The notes beneath the pieces were generated by a model, which worked only from the letters and a program-made list of their open reading frames with translations, was not told the DNA's origin and ran no database searches. Positions 27,064-38,800 of a stretch of 64,000 nt of DNA are shown piece by piece; the first letter of the stretch is position 1; every line of letters begins with the position of its first letter. A program made the position numbers and the translations under genes. Source of the DNA: a virus; the IMG/VR virus record IMGVR_UViG_3300033072_000139, positions 3,083 to 67,082 of that record. One strand, 5' to 3'.

Positions 27064-27909
27064 TTAACTTGCTGTGTCTTGCGAGTATAAGGTAGATACC
27101 TCTGAGCCTGAAAGAGCCCTAGAGTAAAGCCTTACGACCTCTATATACCCTGTATAGAATTCTGCTGTATTCGTGCCAAACCCTGCATTATACTGAGCAC
27201 CAATAAGAAATAACCCAGGAGCTGCATAGTTCATTGTAACAGATATAGAAGATGAGCTTACTAGAGAGCCGTTTACATATAATCTTGCTGTAGAGCCATC
27301 GTACGTTAAAACAGCGTGAATCCATGTATTCAAAGAAAATGAATAGCTAGTATCTACATAGGTGGTTCCGCCCCCAGAAATTCTCCCGTATAGGGTTGTA
27401 CCATATGTCCATAGCTGGTAACCTTGATATGTAGGAGTTTCGCCATTAAAGTTATTACCTGCTAAAATCATAGGGTAAGATGACTCTGTTGGGTAGAAAT
27501 ACACATCAAGAGTTACTCTATTTTGACTATTTACTCTTCCAAATTGGTAGTTAGGGAAACTTACATATCCGCCATACTGATAACTTGAGTAAGCATTAGA
27601 ACCTTGAAAATAAAACCCAGAACCAGTCCAACTAGGATTAGATGCATACTTATTAGTCAGCGTTCCGTTATTACCTTTCCCGCTAATATCGTACCAAGTA
27701 GACCCACTTCCAGGATATGATGATGGGCTGCTTGACCTTAGATGCAACAAGAAATCAGGGTCTGAAGCACTATAGCCATAAAACTCACTGATGGAATCAG
27801 GAGTACTAAACCCAGCTAAAGAGCTGAGTGTTCTTAGGCTACCTGAGCTACTGCCTAGTTCTGTACGTATAGCCCCGATTCCTAAAGGCCCGCTACTTGG
27901 TAATGCCAT
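27064..27909 (-). CDS. LamG/concanavalin A-like domain tail protein
   Basis: SYPGSGSTWYDISG, WIHAVLTYDG...LYVNG, VRLYSRALSGSEV. Confidence 0.85.
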   Translation of the reverse strand: MALPSSGPLGIGAIRTELGSSSGSLRTLSSLAGFSTPDSISEFYGYSASDPDFLLHLRSSSPSSYPGSGSTWYDISGKGNNGTLTNKYASNPSWTGSGFYFQGSNAYSSYQYGGYVSFPNYQFGRVNSQNRVTLDVYFYPTESSYPMILAGNNFNGETPTYQGYQLWTYGTTLYGRISGGGTTYVDTSYSFSLNTWIHAVLTYDGSTARLYVNGSLVSSSSISVTMNYAAPGLFLIGAQYNAGFGTNTAEFYTGYIEVVRLYSRALSGSEVSTLYSQDTAS

Positions 27910-30900
27910 TTAATTGTCCTTTAAGATCTTCAATTTGTTTCTGTTGTTCTTTTATAGCCTCTACAAGCAATGCAGTCATATTTTGATATTTAACACTCTT
28001 AAGGCTATCTTTTCCTGTAACAACTAATTCTGGAACGGTTGTTTCAAGCTCTTGAGCAATGAATCCAATATTGTCTTTTGTGCCAGAGTCTATTCTATCA
28101 TATAAAACACCTCTTGAAGAAAGAACTCTTTCTAATGGGTTATCTATTGAGCGAATATTTTCTTTCACAGATGCGTCTGAATATGCTGTAATATCATTAC
28201 CTGCATATATATATCCTGTTGTGTTAAAACCAGTGTATTGTGGACCTATATTATTTAACCCAGGAGATAGAGTGTATACTGAGCCAGGGTCTGTTGTTTG
28301 CTGCCAACTAGTACCTACGCTACCGCTCCCTCTCTTGATCATGTATCTGTAATCAACACCAGCATAAACTCTCATGTAAAACCAATACCCTCCACCTGCC
28401 AAGTCTCTTGACCCTGCGTGAGTTATCCATCCACTTCCAGGAACACTTCCGTGTTCACCATATAAAATTAAAGCTCCTTGCTGGCCCCCGTGCCACTCTC
28501 TACAATAAGCAGTAACATCCATCGAAGGTCCACCATATGGGCTTGAGCCATTCCAAAAAATTGCTCTTGAGATACTGAATCTTACAAAATCACCACCTGC
28601 ATTAAACTCTCCCATAGGTATCCTTAGCCATACATAACCAGACCCATCAGGAGATGACGGAGCAGTAAATACACCATCATATTGGTACTCTAGATTAGGT
28701 TTTGAAGACACATTATTCCAAGAAACAGAATTTGCAGAGCCAGCGGTATTAGCATAGTTTACCGATTGAGAACCAATATTACCAGAATGAATAACAGTAT
28801 AATCAGAGCCTCCTCCATAAGTGCCACTTGAAATATACATATTGCCACTGCTCCATCTAAACTGCCATCCATAATCATTGTGATGGAAGCCTGATGTTGT
28901 AGCATTTGACATGAGATTAGTATTATAATCCGTAAATCTAATACCAGCCCAACCATTCTTACTATTTGTCATTTGAAGAGCTCCATAAGAGCCTGCATTT
29001 GGTTGAATATGTCCTGCATTGCTAAAATACAATGAACCTACATAGTCTACTGAAGCTCCACCCATATGCAAGCTTTTACCATTATAAGATTCTATATAAC
29101 TAGAACCTGTCATTCTCCACCCGCCACCATAAGATTCAAAGTATAAACCAGAAGACCCAGCTACTCTAATCCAATCAGACGAGTATAAACTACCATAAAC
29201 TTGAAGCTGATATCCATTGTCGGAATCAGAACCAAAAGAAGTTCTTCCGCTTGCATGCATGGCTGCAGCAAAAGTTCCATTGATTGAACTAAAATCAGAT
29301 GTATTGTTTGTATAAAAATATAGTTTACCTCCAGGATTAGTCCTTCCTGCTACAATGTAGTTGCCTCCGTTATTACCAAGTTGAAGACCGTACCAGTTTA
29401 AAGATGCATGATATACATCTGAACCAGCTGTATAACGTGCTCTAAAATGATAACTACTATTATATGTTCTAATATCAGCAGTATCATTGATAGAGTTTAC
29501 GTTAAGATACATTGTACCATATAACCAGTTGGTTCCTGTACTATATATACCAGCAGGATGATAAGTAGCTTGACCTGTTCCTCCAACATTTGCATTACCT
29601 CTAAAAGCAGCTGCATAAACTGTTTGGCTAGTATTAACATTACCACTTGTATCAAGTGATAGCGCAAGAGTACCACCCATTCCACTATATATATAGCCTG
29701 ACGTACTACCATTTACATAAAATCTTTGATCAGTACTTGATGTAAATGAAGTGTGTCCATCCCCAGTAGACCAACCGGCAGTGCCTCCATCAGACTCTTT
29801 CATTCTAATAGAAACTACATCATTAGCTTCAAATATAACAGTATCATATGCGTAGTCTGGAGTACCACTGTCCCAACCTTTAGAAACTCTTAATGCAGGA
29901 CCTGCTTCACTGTTTCCTGAACTATGTTGAATAAATACTTTCCTTAAACGAGATGTACTATTAGGATCTACGTAATAAGATGTATCATTAGAATCGTAAA
30001 ATATAGGAGCACGCATAGAAGCGTTAGCCTGCCAAACGCCATTATTTAATATCCATCCTGATGTATATGCTGCACTAAAATCAGTTCCGCCAACTCCTCT
30101 TCTAAACACCCAACCTCTACCATCGGTATCCATTGTGAGATAAGTATTGTAGCCATCCCCGAATCCCGTTGGATTACCAAACGCTCCACCATTAGCTTTA
30201 AAGCCTATAGCAGATGTTGTACTATTCCCTGCGCCCCAGAAGAATATCTGATTATCTGTACCATAACTATTATTATCTCCTCTAATTGCAATACCGTACA
30301 TTCTACTTATACTAGCAAAGTCGCCATAATATCCTGTATCATTAGAATCATAAAATATTGGGGCTCTAAAAGACTCTACTGCTATTGCAGTATTTCTTAC
30401 ATTAATAACATTCGATTCCCCTAGATACATATCTTGAGTACTGCTATGAGCATACCAATGCTGAGATTGCAATACATAGAATGATGTATCCCACCTTGGA
30501 CCTGTAATACTTGTATATTGTGAGTGTATATAGTTTACATTTATTTGATACATCCTAGATGTACTATCAAAGTCTCCGTAATATGAAGTGTTAGCAGAAT
30601 CATAGAATACAGGAGCCCTCCACGAACCAGTAGCCGTACCTACGCCATTATCTGCATCTAAAAATACTTTTGCTGAACCTTGACCAGCTACTACGTATAA
30701 ACCCCATGCCGTTGAAGCACCTAATCCAGCAACTCCTCCATAGGTATACCCAATACCATACATGTTATTTAACGAGGAAGATGTTGGAACATAGCTTCCA
30801 CCAATTGAATATATGGCACCTGAAGTTGCTGTACTTTCGGCTGTTCCGTAGTTTCCGCTTAACCAACCTTGACCTGCACCTTGTCTTACAAGTGCAGAAT

Positions 30901-33574
30901 TTATATATACTAAACCTGATTGTTGTTGCAAATATAAATTTGACCCTGATACATATAAAGGTTGATAAGCGCTTGTAATTCTATTATAAGATATTACATT
31001 ACCATTTCCTCCACTAAACCCTACTTCTACGGCAGCCCCAGTATAACCTGTCCCTGTATACCACCCACCAAATCTTCCTTGACCACTTTCCGTAGTTACA
31101 TCATTAACAGCCCTTACGGAATATAAATAAGATGTGCTATTTGGATTTAAGTAGTACGTTGAGTCACTGGCATCATAAAATATAGTTCCATAAATTCTAC
31201 CATCTGTATGTAGATACAGGTTACCATTCCACTCATTTAGTTTAAGTAAACCTGACGCATGATAACCATCAACCGTATCTGCGTTACCTGTAATTGATAT
31301 ACCCCAAGTACCACTTGCACCAGAACCTGTTAGAGATGGAGAGTAAGAATTGTAGTTACCTGCGTGAAGAACCCTGTTTGTTCCTAAATCTAATTGAACA
31401 TCTGAAGCAGAAGCAAATGCCTGTTGCCCACTTAATGAATTTACTTGGTCAATTCTTATAGTATGTGTACCATTAGACCCCATACCCCAATAACCTGAAC
31501 CAGCCCAGTTTCCTAAGATGTGTGCAATGTTATAAGATGATGTAGATAAAGCATATCCATTATAGGTTATATTACCTAGTATTGTTCCTCCCCCTATTGG
31601 TAGCGAATATGAACCTACATTACCTGCGTGAATAACAACTCTATCTGTACCATTACTTTCTGTAATATATAAAGTTCTTCCTCTAAAGTAATATCCTCCT
31701 GTATCAGAAGGTTCTCCCCAATAAACATTTTTACCAGTTTCGTAGTTATATACTCCACTATTAACCGAATGTGCACTTTTATAAACAACTCTCCAATATC
31801 CAGATGCTACATCTACTTTATATGCAGGTGTGGTTATTCCAGTGTAATCTCCACCAGGATTACCATAAACAGATGTAAATACTGGTGTTCCTGTCATTGT
31901 ACCACCAGATAAAGGAAGAGCATATGAACTATAGTTTCCTGCATGAAGTATAGTGTTACTACTAATTGTTAATGGAACATTAAAGTTAGCGCCAGCCTCA
32001 TCTATAGTCAATCCTGTTGTCCAAGTAACTGTACCGCCAGAAGGGGATGTTCTAAATTCATGTCTGCCATTACCTAAATGCTGAATGTAAGCCATTGACT
32101 TTTTAGTAGAGTCATCTTGTGACCATCCAGAATTCCAAAGAGCATTAGAGGTGAAATTTAAACCATTCGCATCAGAACCTTGTCTTGCTGGAGCTGTAAC
32201 GCCTGTTGTTACAAGTTTCCATTTTTCCCATGTTGAGGTTGAAACAATATTACCTCCAGTGTTTAAGGTAATAGCTGTTGATGTGGATGCCCCCCGAGCA
32301 GTCACACTAGCTAATGTATCAGTTTCTGTATAAGAAGTTAAAAATGCAGGAGCTCCTGTTATCTTGCTCCAAGCTAAAGATGCAACCCAAGATGGATTGC
32401 TATATGACCCAGAAAAACTTACGTATGTTAAAGCTGCACTTGACTGGCTTAAATATGTAGAAGAAGCGTTACTAATAGATAAGTATGTGCTAGCCGCAGA
32501 TGATTGTGACAAGTAAGTACTAGCAGCATCTGTTTTATTCAGGTATATTGTATTAGCACTAGACTGGCTTAAGTATGTACTAGCAGCATCTGTCTTATTT
32601 AAATAAATAGTGTTAGCACTAGATTGACTTAAATAAGTACTTGATGCGTTTGAAATAGTTAAATATGTACTAGCAGCACTAGATGCTGTAAGGTATCCCG
32701 CAGAAGCATGGTTACCCCATGAATATGCTGTATTCCAGTTAGAGGAATTATCTGTTATACTTGTTCCCCATGAAGAACCTGTAGATACAGCAATCCCTGC
32801 TCCAGGGTATACCATAGGTGCAATACTCCATGACCTGTCCGCAGATAAATCATAAGAAGTTCCATTTATCGTTAATGTACGAGTCGAATTTGCAGGAGTA
32901 TATCCGAGCAAAGTAGAGATAGGCTTCATCTTATATAAAGATGTAGAAGTCTCATACGACAAAACAGAATTATCAGACGGAGTAGATGATATTTGAACGT
33001 TATGAAGCTCATTTATCTCAAATCCATTCTGAACCTTAACAAAAATCTCTCCGTTATTTTGTTGAGCTCTTGTTACTATACCAATAAAAACTAAATGTTC
33101 TGGAGCATATGGCTTATTTAATAATCCATATATTAAGTTTCCATCAGTACCCAACCATACAGGATCTCCTGCAGCAGCCGTAGAAGTATCTAGTCCCGCA
33201 AGCAATCCTTCTGTAATAACAAATCCTTGACCATTTAATGCCAAGTCTTGAGCTATAAGACCCAATGTCTTACTAGAAGTAGCTTCAGAAGCATTAGATG
33301 CCTTACCTACAATCATGTTAGTCCCATCAGCACTTGTAACATAAACAGCTTGACCTTTTGTTAAGGCTACACCTGCTTTTACTGTATGCTGTAAAACTGA
33401 TGTATAGGCAGCAGCTCCACCAGCTCCGATATCATTATATAACTCAGCTCCCGTCCTATACTTTACTATGCCATTAGAGTCTATGACAAGAAACTTGTCA
33501 GTATCAGTATTAGCATCCGCAACTGAATTTAACCCTAATGTTCCGTAAAGAGATAAATTAGATAATATTTGCAT
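27893..33574 (-). CDS. Long tail fibre with C-terminal intramolecular chaperone (peptidase S74)
   Basis: Gly/Ser/Thr/Tyr-rich with internal repeats; SDASVKENI...IGFIAQELE...LLVEAIKEQQKQI at the C-terminus. Confidence 0.9.
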   Translation of the reverse strand: MQILSNLSLYGTLGLNSVADANTDTDKFLVIDSNGIVKYRTGAELYNDIGAGGAAAYTSVLQHTVKAGVALTKGQAVYVTSADGTNMIVGKASNASEATSSKTLGLIAQDLALNGQGFVITEGLLAGLDTSTAAAGDPVWLGTDGNLIYGLLNKPYAPEHLVFIGIVTRAQQNNGEIFVKVQNGFEINELHNVQISSTPSDNSVLSYETSTSLYKMKPISTLLGYTPANSTRTLTINGTSYDLSADRSWSIAPMVYPGAGIAVSTGSSWGTSITDNSSNWNTAYSWGNHASAGYLTASSAASTYLTISNASSTYLSQSSANTIYLNKTDAASTYLSQSSANTIYLNKTDAASTYLSQSSAASTYLSISNASSTYLSQSSAALTYVSFSGSYSNPSWVASLAWSKITGAPAFLTSYTETDTLASVTARGASTSTAITLNTGGNIVSTSTWEKWKLVTTGVTAPARQGSDANGLNFTSNALWNSGWSQDDSTKKSMAYIQHLGNGRHEFRTSPSGGTVTWTTGLTIDEAGANFNVPLTISSNTILHAGNYSSYALPLSGGTMTGTPVFTSVYGNPGGDYTGITTPAYKVDVASGYWRVVYKSAHSVNSGVYNYETGKNVYWGEPSDTGGYYFRGRTLYITESNGTDRVVIHAGNVGSYSLPIGGGTILGNITYNGYALSTSSYNIAHILGNWAGSGYWGMGSNGTHTIRIDQVNSLSGQQAFASASDVQLDLGTNRVLHAGNYNSYSPSLTGSGASGTWGISITGNADTVDGYHASGLLKLNEWNGNLYLHTDGRIYGTIFYDASDSTYYLNPNSTSYLYSVRAVNDVTTESGQGRFGGWYTGTGYTGAAVEVGFSGGNGNVISYNRITSAYQPLYVSGSNLYLQQQSGLVYINSALVRQGAGQGWLSGNYGTAESTATSGAIYSIGGSYVPTSSSLNNMYGIGYTYGGVAGLGASTAWGLYVVAGQGSAKVFLDADNGVGTATGSWRAPVFYDSANTSYYGDFDSTSRMYQINVNYIHSQYTSITGPRWDTSFYVLQSQHWYAHSSTQDMYLGESNVINVRNTAIAVESFRAPIFYDSNDTGYYGDFASISRMYGIAIRGDNNSYGTDNQIFFWGAGNSTTSAIGFKANGGAFGNPTGFGDGYNTYLTMDTDGRGWVFRRGVGGTDFSAAYTSGWILNNGVWQANASMRAPIFYDSNDTSYYVDPNSTSRLRKVFIQHSSGNSEAGPALRVSKGWDSGTPDYAYDTVIFEANDVVSIRMKESDGGTAGWSTGDGHTSFTSSTDQRFYVNGSTSGYIYSGMGGTLALSLDTSGNVNTSQTVYAAAFRGNANVGGTGQATYHPAGIYSTGTNWLYGTMYLNVNSINDTADIRTYNSSYHFRARYTAGSDVYHASLNWYGLQLGNNGGNYIVAGRTNPGGKLYFYTNNTSDFSSINGTFAAAMHASGRTSFGSDSDNGYQLQVYGSLYSSDWIRVAGSSGLYFESYGGGWRMTGSSYIESYNGKSLHMGGASVDYVGSLYFSNAGHIQPNAGSYGALQMTNSKNGWAGIRFTDYNTNLMSNATTSGFHHNDYGWQFRWSSGNMYISSGTYGGGSDYTVIHSGNIGSQSVNYANTAGSANSVSWNNVSSKPNLEYQYDGVFTAPSSPDGSGYVWLRIPMGEFNAGGDFVRFSISRAIFWNGSSPYGGPSMDVTAYCREWHGGQQGALILYGEHGSVPGSGWITHAGSRDLAGGGYWFYMRVYAGVDYRYMIKRGSGSVGTSWQQTTDPGSVYTLSPGLNNIGPQYTGFNTTGYIYAGNDITAYSDASVKENIRSIDNPLERVLSSRGVLYDRIDSGTKDNIGFIAQELETTVPELVVTGKDSLKSVKYQNMTALLVEAIKEQQKQIEDLKGQLNGITK
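32431..32690 (-). repeat. In-frame 30-bp/60-bp tandem repeats in the tail fibre
   Basis: About eight 10-aa units YL(S/T/N)xxxA(A/S/N)xx, including YLSQSSANTIYLNKTDAAST twice. Confidence 0.8.
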
Positions 33575-33580
33575 TTATTT

Positions 33581-34669
33581 CTATTTCTTTATAATAACTC
33601 TATAAGCATTTGACGCAGGTGCTACTGCGAAACTAACTGTAACTGTGTTTGCGTCTGTGATAACTACGTCAGCAAAAACTTGTGCTAAAGTACTATTATC
33701 TTTCAACATAACATTCACGTCAATTGTCCCCAATCCGTGCGAAACAGCGAATGATGTAGCTGAACCATTACCAATGTTTGCAGCATATCCACCTGTTCTA
33801 TTATCTATAAATGTTTTTAATTTTAAAGGAGTAACGATTCTTTGGTCGTCAGTTCCTGTATTTACCTCTGTTTGAGTAGCAATCTCTGCTAAACCTAAAA
33901 CGGTCTCTGTTGCTTGATCTCTATTAACTTCTAACTGAATCCAATCAGAAGCAGAGCTAGTAGATGCGCCATTTACCTTAGCAACGATTACATCGCCAAC
34001 ATTGAATGCTACACCACCAACTGTGCCTGCAACACTTACATACCAATAGTCTCCCGCTTTAGTACCTGCGACAGGAGAAGTGCCTACAGGGAATGAACCA
34101 CCTGAAGCGTCCCATGCACCTTCTAGGTTTCCAAGGTTACCTACGTTAGTATCAATATAAGATTTGATTGCAGCAGATGTTGCAAGTGTTGTAGAACTAG
34201 CGCTCGCCAAGTCGGTAACTATCACTACTTCAGAAGGAGTAGCTGAACCACCTGACGTATTACCAATCACTGTGTTGTTAGCAATCTGGGCAAGTTTAGC
34301 TAGTGTTACTTGATTTGCACCAATCTTAACAGTAGTTACAGCACCATCATTTAATTTAGCTGTAGTAATGCCTAGGTCTTTAACTCGAACCGTATCAGCG
34401 TTGATTTCGATTGTAGCGTTATCTACGTTTACATCTAAAGTAACAGCGCCACCTGTGCCGCCACCTGTAAGACCTAATCCAGCCACAACCTCGGTAATGT
34501 CGCCCGATATATTTACCCATTGGATAGTGTCCCAAAAGTAAATAGCTTTATCTACTGTGTTGTAATAAACTTGACCTGCAACAGGAGAGCCTGGAGGTGA
34601 AGATAAGTTCTGCAACGCTACGTTGAGAATCTGATTTTTAGTTAAGTCAATGTTGGTAAGAAACTGCAT
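33581..34669 (-). CDS. Tail fibre/baseplate-proximal protein
   Basis: GQVYYNT, ITTAKLNDGAVT, ATETVLGLAEIAT...IVTPLKL fibre motifs. Confidence 0.75.
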   Translation of the reverse strand: MQFLTNIDLTKNQILNVALQNLSSPPGSPVAGQVYYNTVDKAIYFWDTIQWVNISGDITEVVAGLGLTGGGTGGAVTLDVNVDNATIEINADTVRVKDLGITTAKLNDGAVTTVKIGANQVTLAKLAQIANNTVIGNTSGGSATPSEVVIVTDLASASSTTLATSAAIKSYIDTNVGNLGNLEGAWDASGGSFPVGTSPVAGTKAGDYWYVSVAGTVGGVAFNVGDVIVAKVNGASTSSASDWIQLEVNRDQATETVLGLAEIATQTEVNTGTDDQRIVTPLKLKTFIDNRTGGYAANIGNGSATSFAVSHGLGTIDVNVMLKDNSTLAQVFADVVITDANTVTVSFAVAPASNAYRVIIKK

Positions 34670-34676
34670 CTTAATT

Positions 34677-35291
34677 TTAATTTATATAAGCTTTACCGCT
34701 TATTGATGATGTAAATGTTATTGTGATTTGATTTAATGAATTGTAAGTTATATCCCCTATTATAGCTTGATTAGCTGTATTTACTATGTTAACTGCAGGA
34801 AATTTATTTAACTCGTGGATAACTACCCATGAATTAGATGCTACCTGTTGGTCGTGAACATAGTTCTCTCTAACTTGAGACTGAACATAGTCGTAATCAA
34901 TAGATATATTAACAGCCTCTTGAGTGAAATCAGTAGACCCTAGTAACCCCATTCCTAAAGCAAGTGATGTAGATTTAAGTACATACGGACTAACAGTGCT
35001 GATTGCATTCTGTGTTACTAAGTCGGAATATATAGGAGTAAGCTTTCCGTAGTCATATATATTAACTTTTGCTGATAACCTCTCAATAACACTGTCTAAT
35101 CTAATATTATCTACGTAAAAATCATCAGCCCATTCTACACATTTCTTATATATGAATATGATATCTCTTTCATAGTCAAGAGACTCGCTATCTTCAGCAA
35201 ACATATCATCATAGGCAATAGCGCCTAATCTGTATAAGGTCTTGTCAGCTTTTAATAGTATCTCTGATATTTGAGGGACAGTAAAAGACAT
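34677..35291 (-). CDS. Virion structural protein
   Basis: C-terminal WVVIHELNKFPAV...ITITF...GKAYIN domain. Confidence 0.65.
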   Translation of the reverse strand: MSFTVPQISEILLKADKTLYRLGAIAYDDMFAEDSESLDYERDIIFIYKKCVEWADDFYVDNIRLDSVIERLSAKVNIYDYGKLTPIYSDLVTQNAISTVSPYVLKSTSLALGMGLLGSTDFTQEAVNISIDYDYVQSQVRENYVHDQQVASNSWVVIHELNKFPAVNIVNTANQAIIGDITYNSLNQITITFTSSISGKAYIN

Positions 35292-35845
35292 TAATATCCT
35301 ATTTTAAGTGCATCTGAAATTTGTTTAGCTCTATCTAAGCATCCTTGAGCAGCTCCGATATCCCCGTCAGAACCAGCCTTTTTAGCTGACTCTTGCTCTA
35401 GAAATAAACGCATAACATCTTTTACAAACTTATAGTCTTTCTCTAGTCCATTGTCAATAGACATTTTGTATGTGTTAGAGAAGAAAGCACTCATTGTGTA
35501 ACACACAAATACAGGTAATTCTGCTTTTGTATATACAGACCCAACTTGAGGGCTAGTAGATGTTAATGCCAATGTTATAGCTAAAGCATAATCTGTAGCT
35601 AAATAAGGAATATTCTTATCGTCAACTCCTGATATAACTATGCTATTGCCGTCGGCAAAAGGCCAAACGTATTGATTATATGTTCTAGTACCTATCTTAA
35701 GGTAAGAACCATCTGATTTTTGTATTGTAAGCTTTCTAGAAGAAAACGTGCCTGTCCCCTCAACATTATATGTTGAACTATCTGTAATGGTGAACTGGCT
35801 ACAGTCTGCCCCTTGAGTGATACTTACTGAGGTTGTAAAAGGCAT
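35291..35845 (-). CDS. Virion structural protein
   Basis: ATG at 35845 after TATATTTG at 35861-35868. Confidence 0.6.
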   Translation of the reverse strand: MPFTTSVSITQGADCSQFTITDSSTYNVEGTGTFSSRKLTIQKSDGSYLKIGTRTYNQYVWPFADGNSIVISGVDDKNIPYLATDYALAITLALTSTSPQVGSVYTKAELPVFVCYTMSAFFSNTYKMSIDNGLEKDYKFVKDVMRLFLEQESAKKAGSDGDIGAAQGCLDRAKQISDALKIGY

Positions 35846-35893
35846 ATTTGTTTGTTTATGCAAATATACCTAAAAAGCTTTATTTCAATGATA

Positions 35894-38800
35894 CTATTGT
35901 TCTAGCCCGCCAGCTTCTCTCATAGCTTTTTGCTGTTCTTCAAGTCTTGCAGCTTCCTCTTCGGCAATTCTAGCCTCTTCTTCTTTATTACTAAACTCAG
36001 TGTATATTTTAATGAACTTATCAAGTTCTTTTCTATCCAACTTATCAGCAAAAAGTTTAATACCCTCGTCATTAAGCATCTTAAGGTCTAGAATACTACG
36101 CACCTTCTTAAAGAATCTATCAGAACCTATCTCCTGCTTTGTTCTCATTAAAGACTCTACCTTCTCTGCAGGCTTAGTTAAAGAGAATGCTCTGTATACT
36201 TTTAGGGCATCTTGGTCATTGTTAGACATAGCCACCATGAAAGCAACCGTGCCGCCATCAATAACACCTAATTTAGGGTCAGATATCTGGTCAATCTCTT
36301 TAGACCAAACATCAGTTCCATACTTATTCTTAAGGTCTAATAGGTATTTAGCTCTAGATTCAGGGTCTTTAAACTTAACAGCCTCAGCAGCAGCTTGACT
36401 AATCGTTTTATTGTCAACTATTGTTGGCTTTTGCTCCTCAAGAGGAACTGCGCCAATAGCCTCGTTAACTAAAGCTTTTTCTTCTGACATGCCCCTAGCG
36501 CTTATATTCTTGATAATCTTATTTGAAATATTAGCCACATCTGAAAATCCTAGGGTACGACCTACTATTGTAAGAGGCATCCAAGACATAGCAATTTTCT
36601 TATCATCTCCTGTAAGTTTTTTAACCTGCTCTTCTCCAAATGGGTCTTCTGTCTTAACTTCTCCACTAACAGCTATATCATTATACTTAGAAGCATCCAT
36701 TATATTTTTAAGTAATATACCGCCTACTCCATAGTTCTTAGCCCATGCATCCTGGCCTCCGCCATCATATAACCTAACCTCAAATGCTTTTGGTGTATTA
36801 GGGTCTATTTTTTCTAGCCCAAAATTAATTAACTTATCTAGCCCATCATTCACAATAGGGTGTGGAGATATTAAGTCATTAGTCAAGTTTGTAAGAGTTG
36901 TCTTTTGAGAAGATAAAGCCCTTCTTCTTTTCTCCTCTTGAGAAGGAGTGGTGTTTGACATCTTATCTGCAATACCCCATTGTATATTATTAGCCATCTG
37001 CCATATAGCATTATATACAAACATCTCTGCAGCAGTTCCTGCTAAAGACTTCATAGCTAATCCTCTATCTTCTGCAGAAACTCCCTTCCCTGTAGCAACT
37101 CTAATATTACCGCCAACTTTTGCCTTTTGGTTCATTGTGTAGTTCGCTAGAGTCATTACTGTATTCTTAAACAATTTATGATAAGGGTCTTGGGATCCAA
37201 TGAATGTTCCTTGTAAATCTGTATCAGATACGTTTTGGCTAACGTTTGTCATATGTTCAGCGTAATCTGCTGCATCTTTATTTACTTCATGAGTATTCCA
37301 ATCGAGATTAGACACATCTTCTCCTTGCTGCCTTAATTTTTGTTTATAATAAGATAGCCAAGATAACCTAGCCGTAAATATATCAGAATACCCAACAGCT
37401 ATTCTTAATTTAGCTTCTTGTATCTTACCTAATCCGGTTATGCCTCTCATTAAAACGTTATTATCCGCCTTTCTTAACATTGACGATACGCTTTCCATAT
37501 TAAATTGAGACCCAATACCTCTATTAGATATGCCATATCCTATTTTATTCAACCAATCATGAGCATCGGCATTAAGAGCATCACTTATTTCTAATTTTCC
37601 ATTATTGGCTATAAAAGTATGAGCTATTGGAGCCAATTGCTTAAATGGCTGCGCAAAAGAAGATAGTGCAGTAGATACAGCTGTTGTTGCTGCTGCAGAT
37701 AAAGACCTTCCAACTTGACTAAGTTCTCTCGATTCAGCTATATCCCTATTCTGTATTCTCTTAGCATAAGTGCTAATCTTGCCTTTAAAAACATCTCCAT
37801 CTTCTTTATTAAATATTTTATCAAAAAATGGAGAATCTCTAAATGCCTTAACTTGTCTTAAGTCTTTAGCTGTATGTATATTTGTTAACGCTGTCTTGAG
37901 AGCTCTATTACTATTATAGTCAAAATCTAAATCAATGAACTTACCATTAGGCAATATCTCAGGGTCAGTTGTCTTCATCAATGTTCCACTCTTTGCGTCA
38001 GGTATGTAATCATAACTAGAGAAATATGGATTTTCAGACAATGGGTCCATAGATTCGGGTATCTCATTTTTATCGAATTTACCATAAGTATCTTGAGTGT
38101 AGTTATTATGGAATCCTAAATCCTGATTATATATATTTAGATTAACATCTCTCATTTTTTCATAATGCTTGCCCCATTGATTAGTCCACCAATTAACTGC
38201 TTCTAAGTTTATTGCATCTGCCTTAGATTCTACATCTAATGAATTATTTGAATCCTTTACAAGTTTATCAAAAGCTGTTTGATACAAATCAGCCATCTTA
38301 GCATAATCTCCACCCTTACCTCTTAAAGCCACAATACTCTCTTCTAATAAAGTTTTTCTTCTATTAAACTCTTTAGAGATAGCGGCTTCATCTCCACCCC
38401 TATTCCTTCTCATAAAGGCTAGCATACCCCTTTCGTATATGTTCTCTTTTGAATCAAATCTTAATCCATTTGGATTAGTTTTAGATTTTAAAACTCCACC
38501 ATATTTTCCAATAAACTTATCTGTATATTCCTTAGATGCTTCTTGATAAATCTTCTCTGCAATATTTTTATTTCTCATCAAAGATGAAATACCCATTGCT
38601 TTCTGGACCTCTAATGACCTGTTAGCCCCAAATGCCTTATCAAATAATACAGGTAAGCTAGTCATGTCTGCAGCAAACCATCTAGCTGCTCTTTTGCCGA
38701 AAATGCCTTTTATTGTCAATGATTTTACTCCTTTAGATTGAAGGGCTTCACCACCTTGATAAGCCTCCCCCAACGCAATTACAGAATCAAGGTTAGACAC

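Noticed and set aside
32431-32690. CRISPR-like array or DGR repeat
   Set aside because: The repeats are in-frame coding units with synonymous variation and no spacers, and there is no reverse transcriptase in the window
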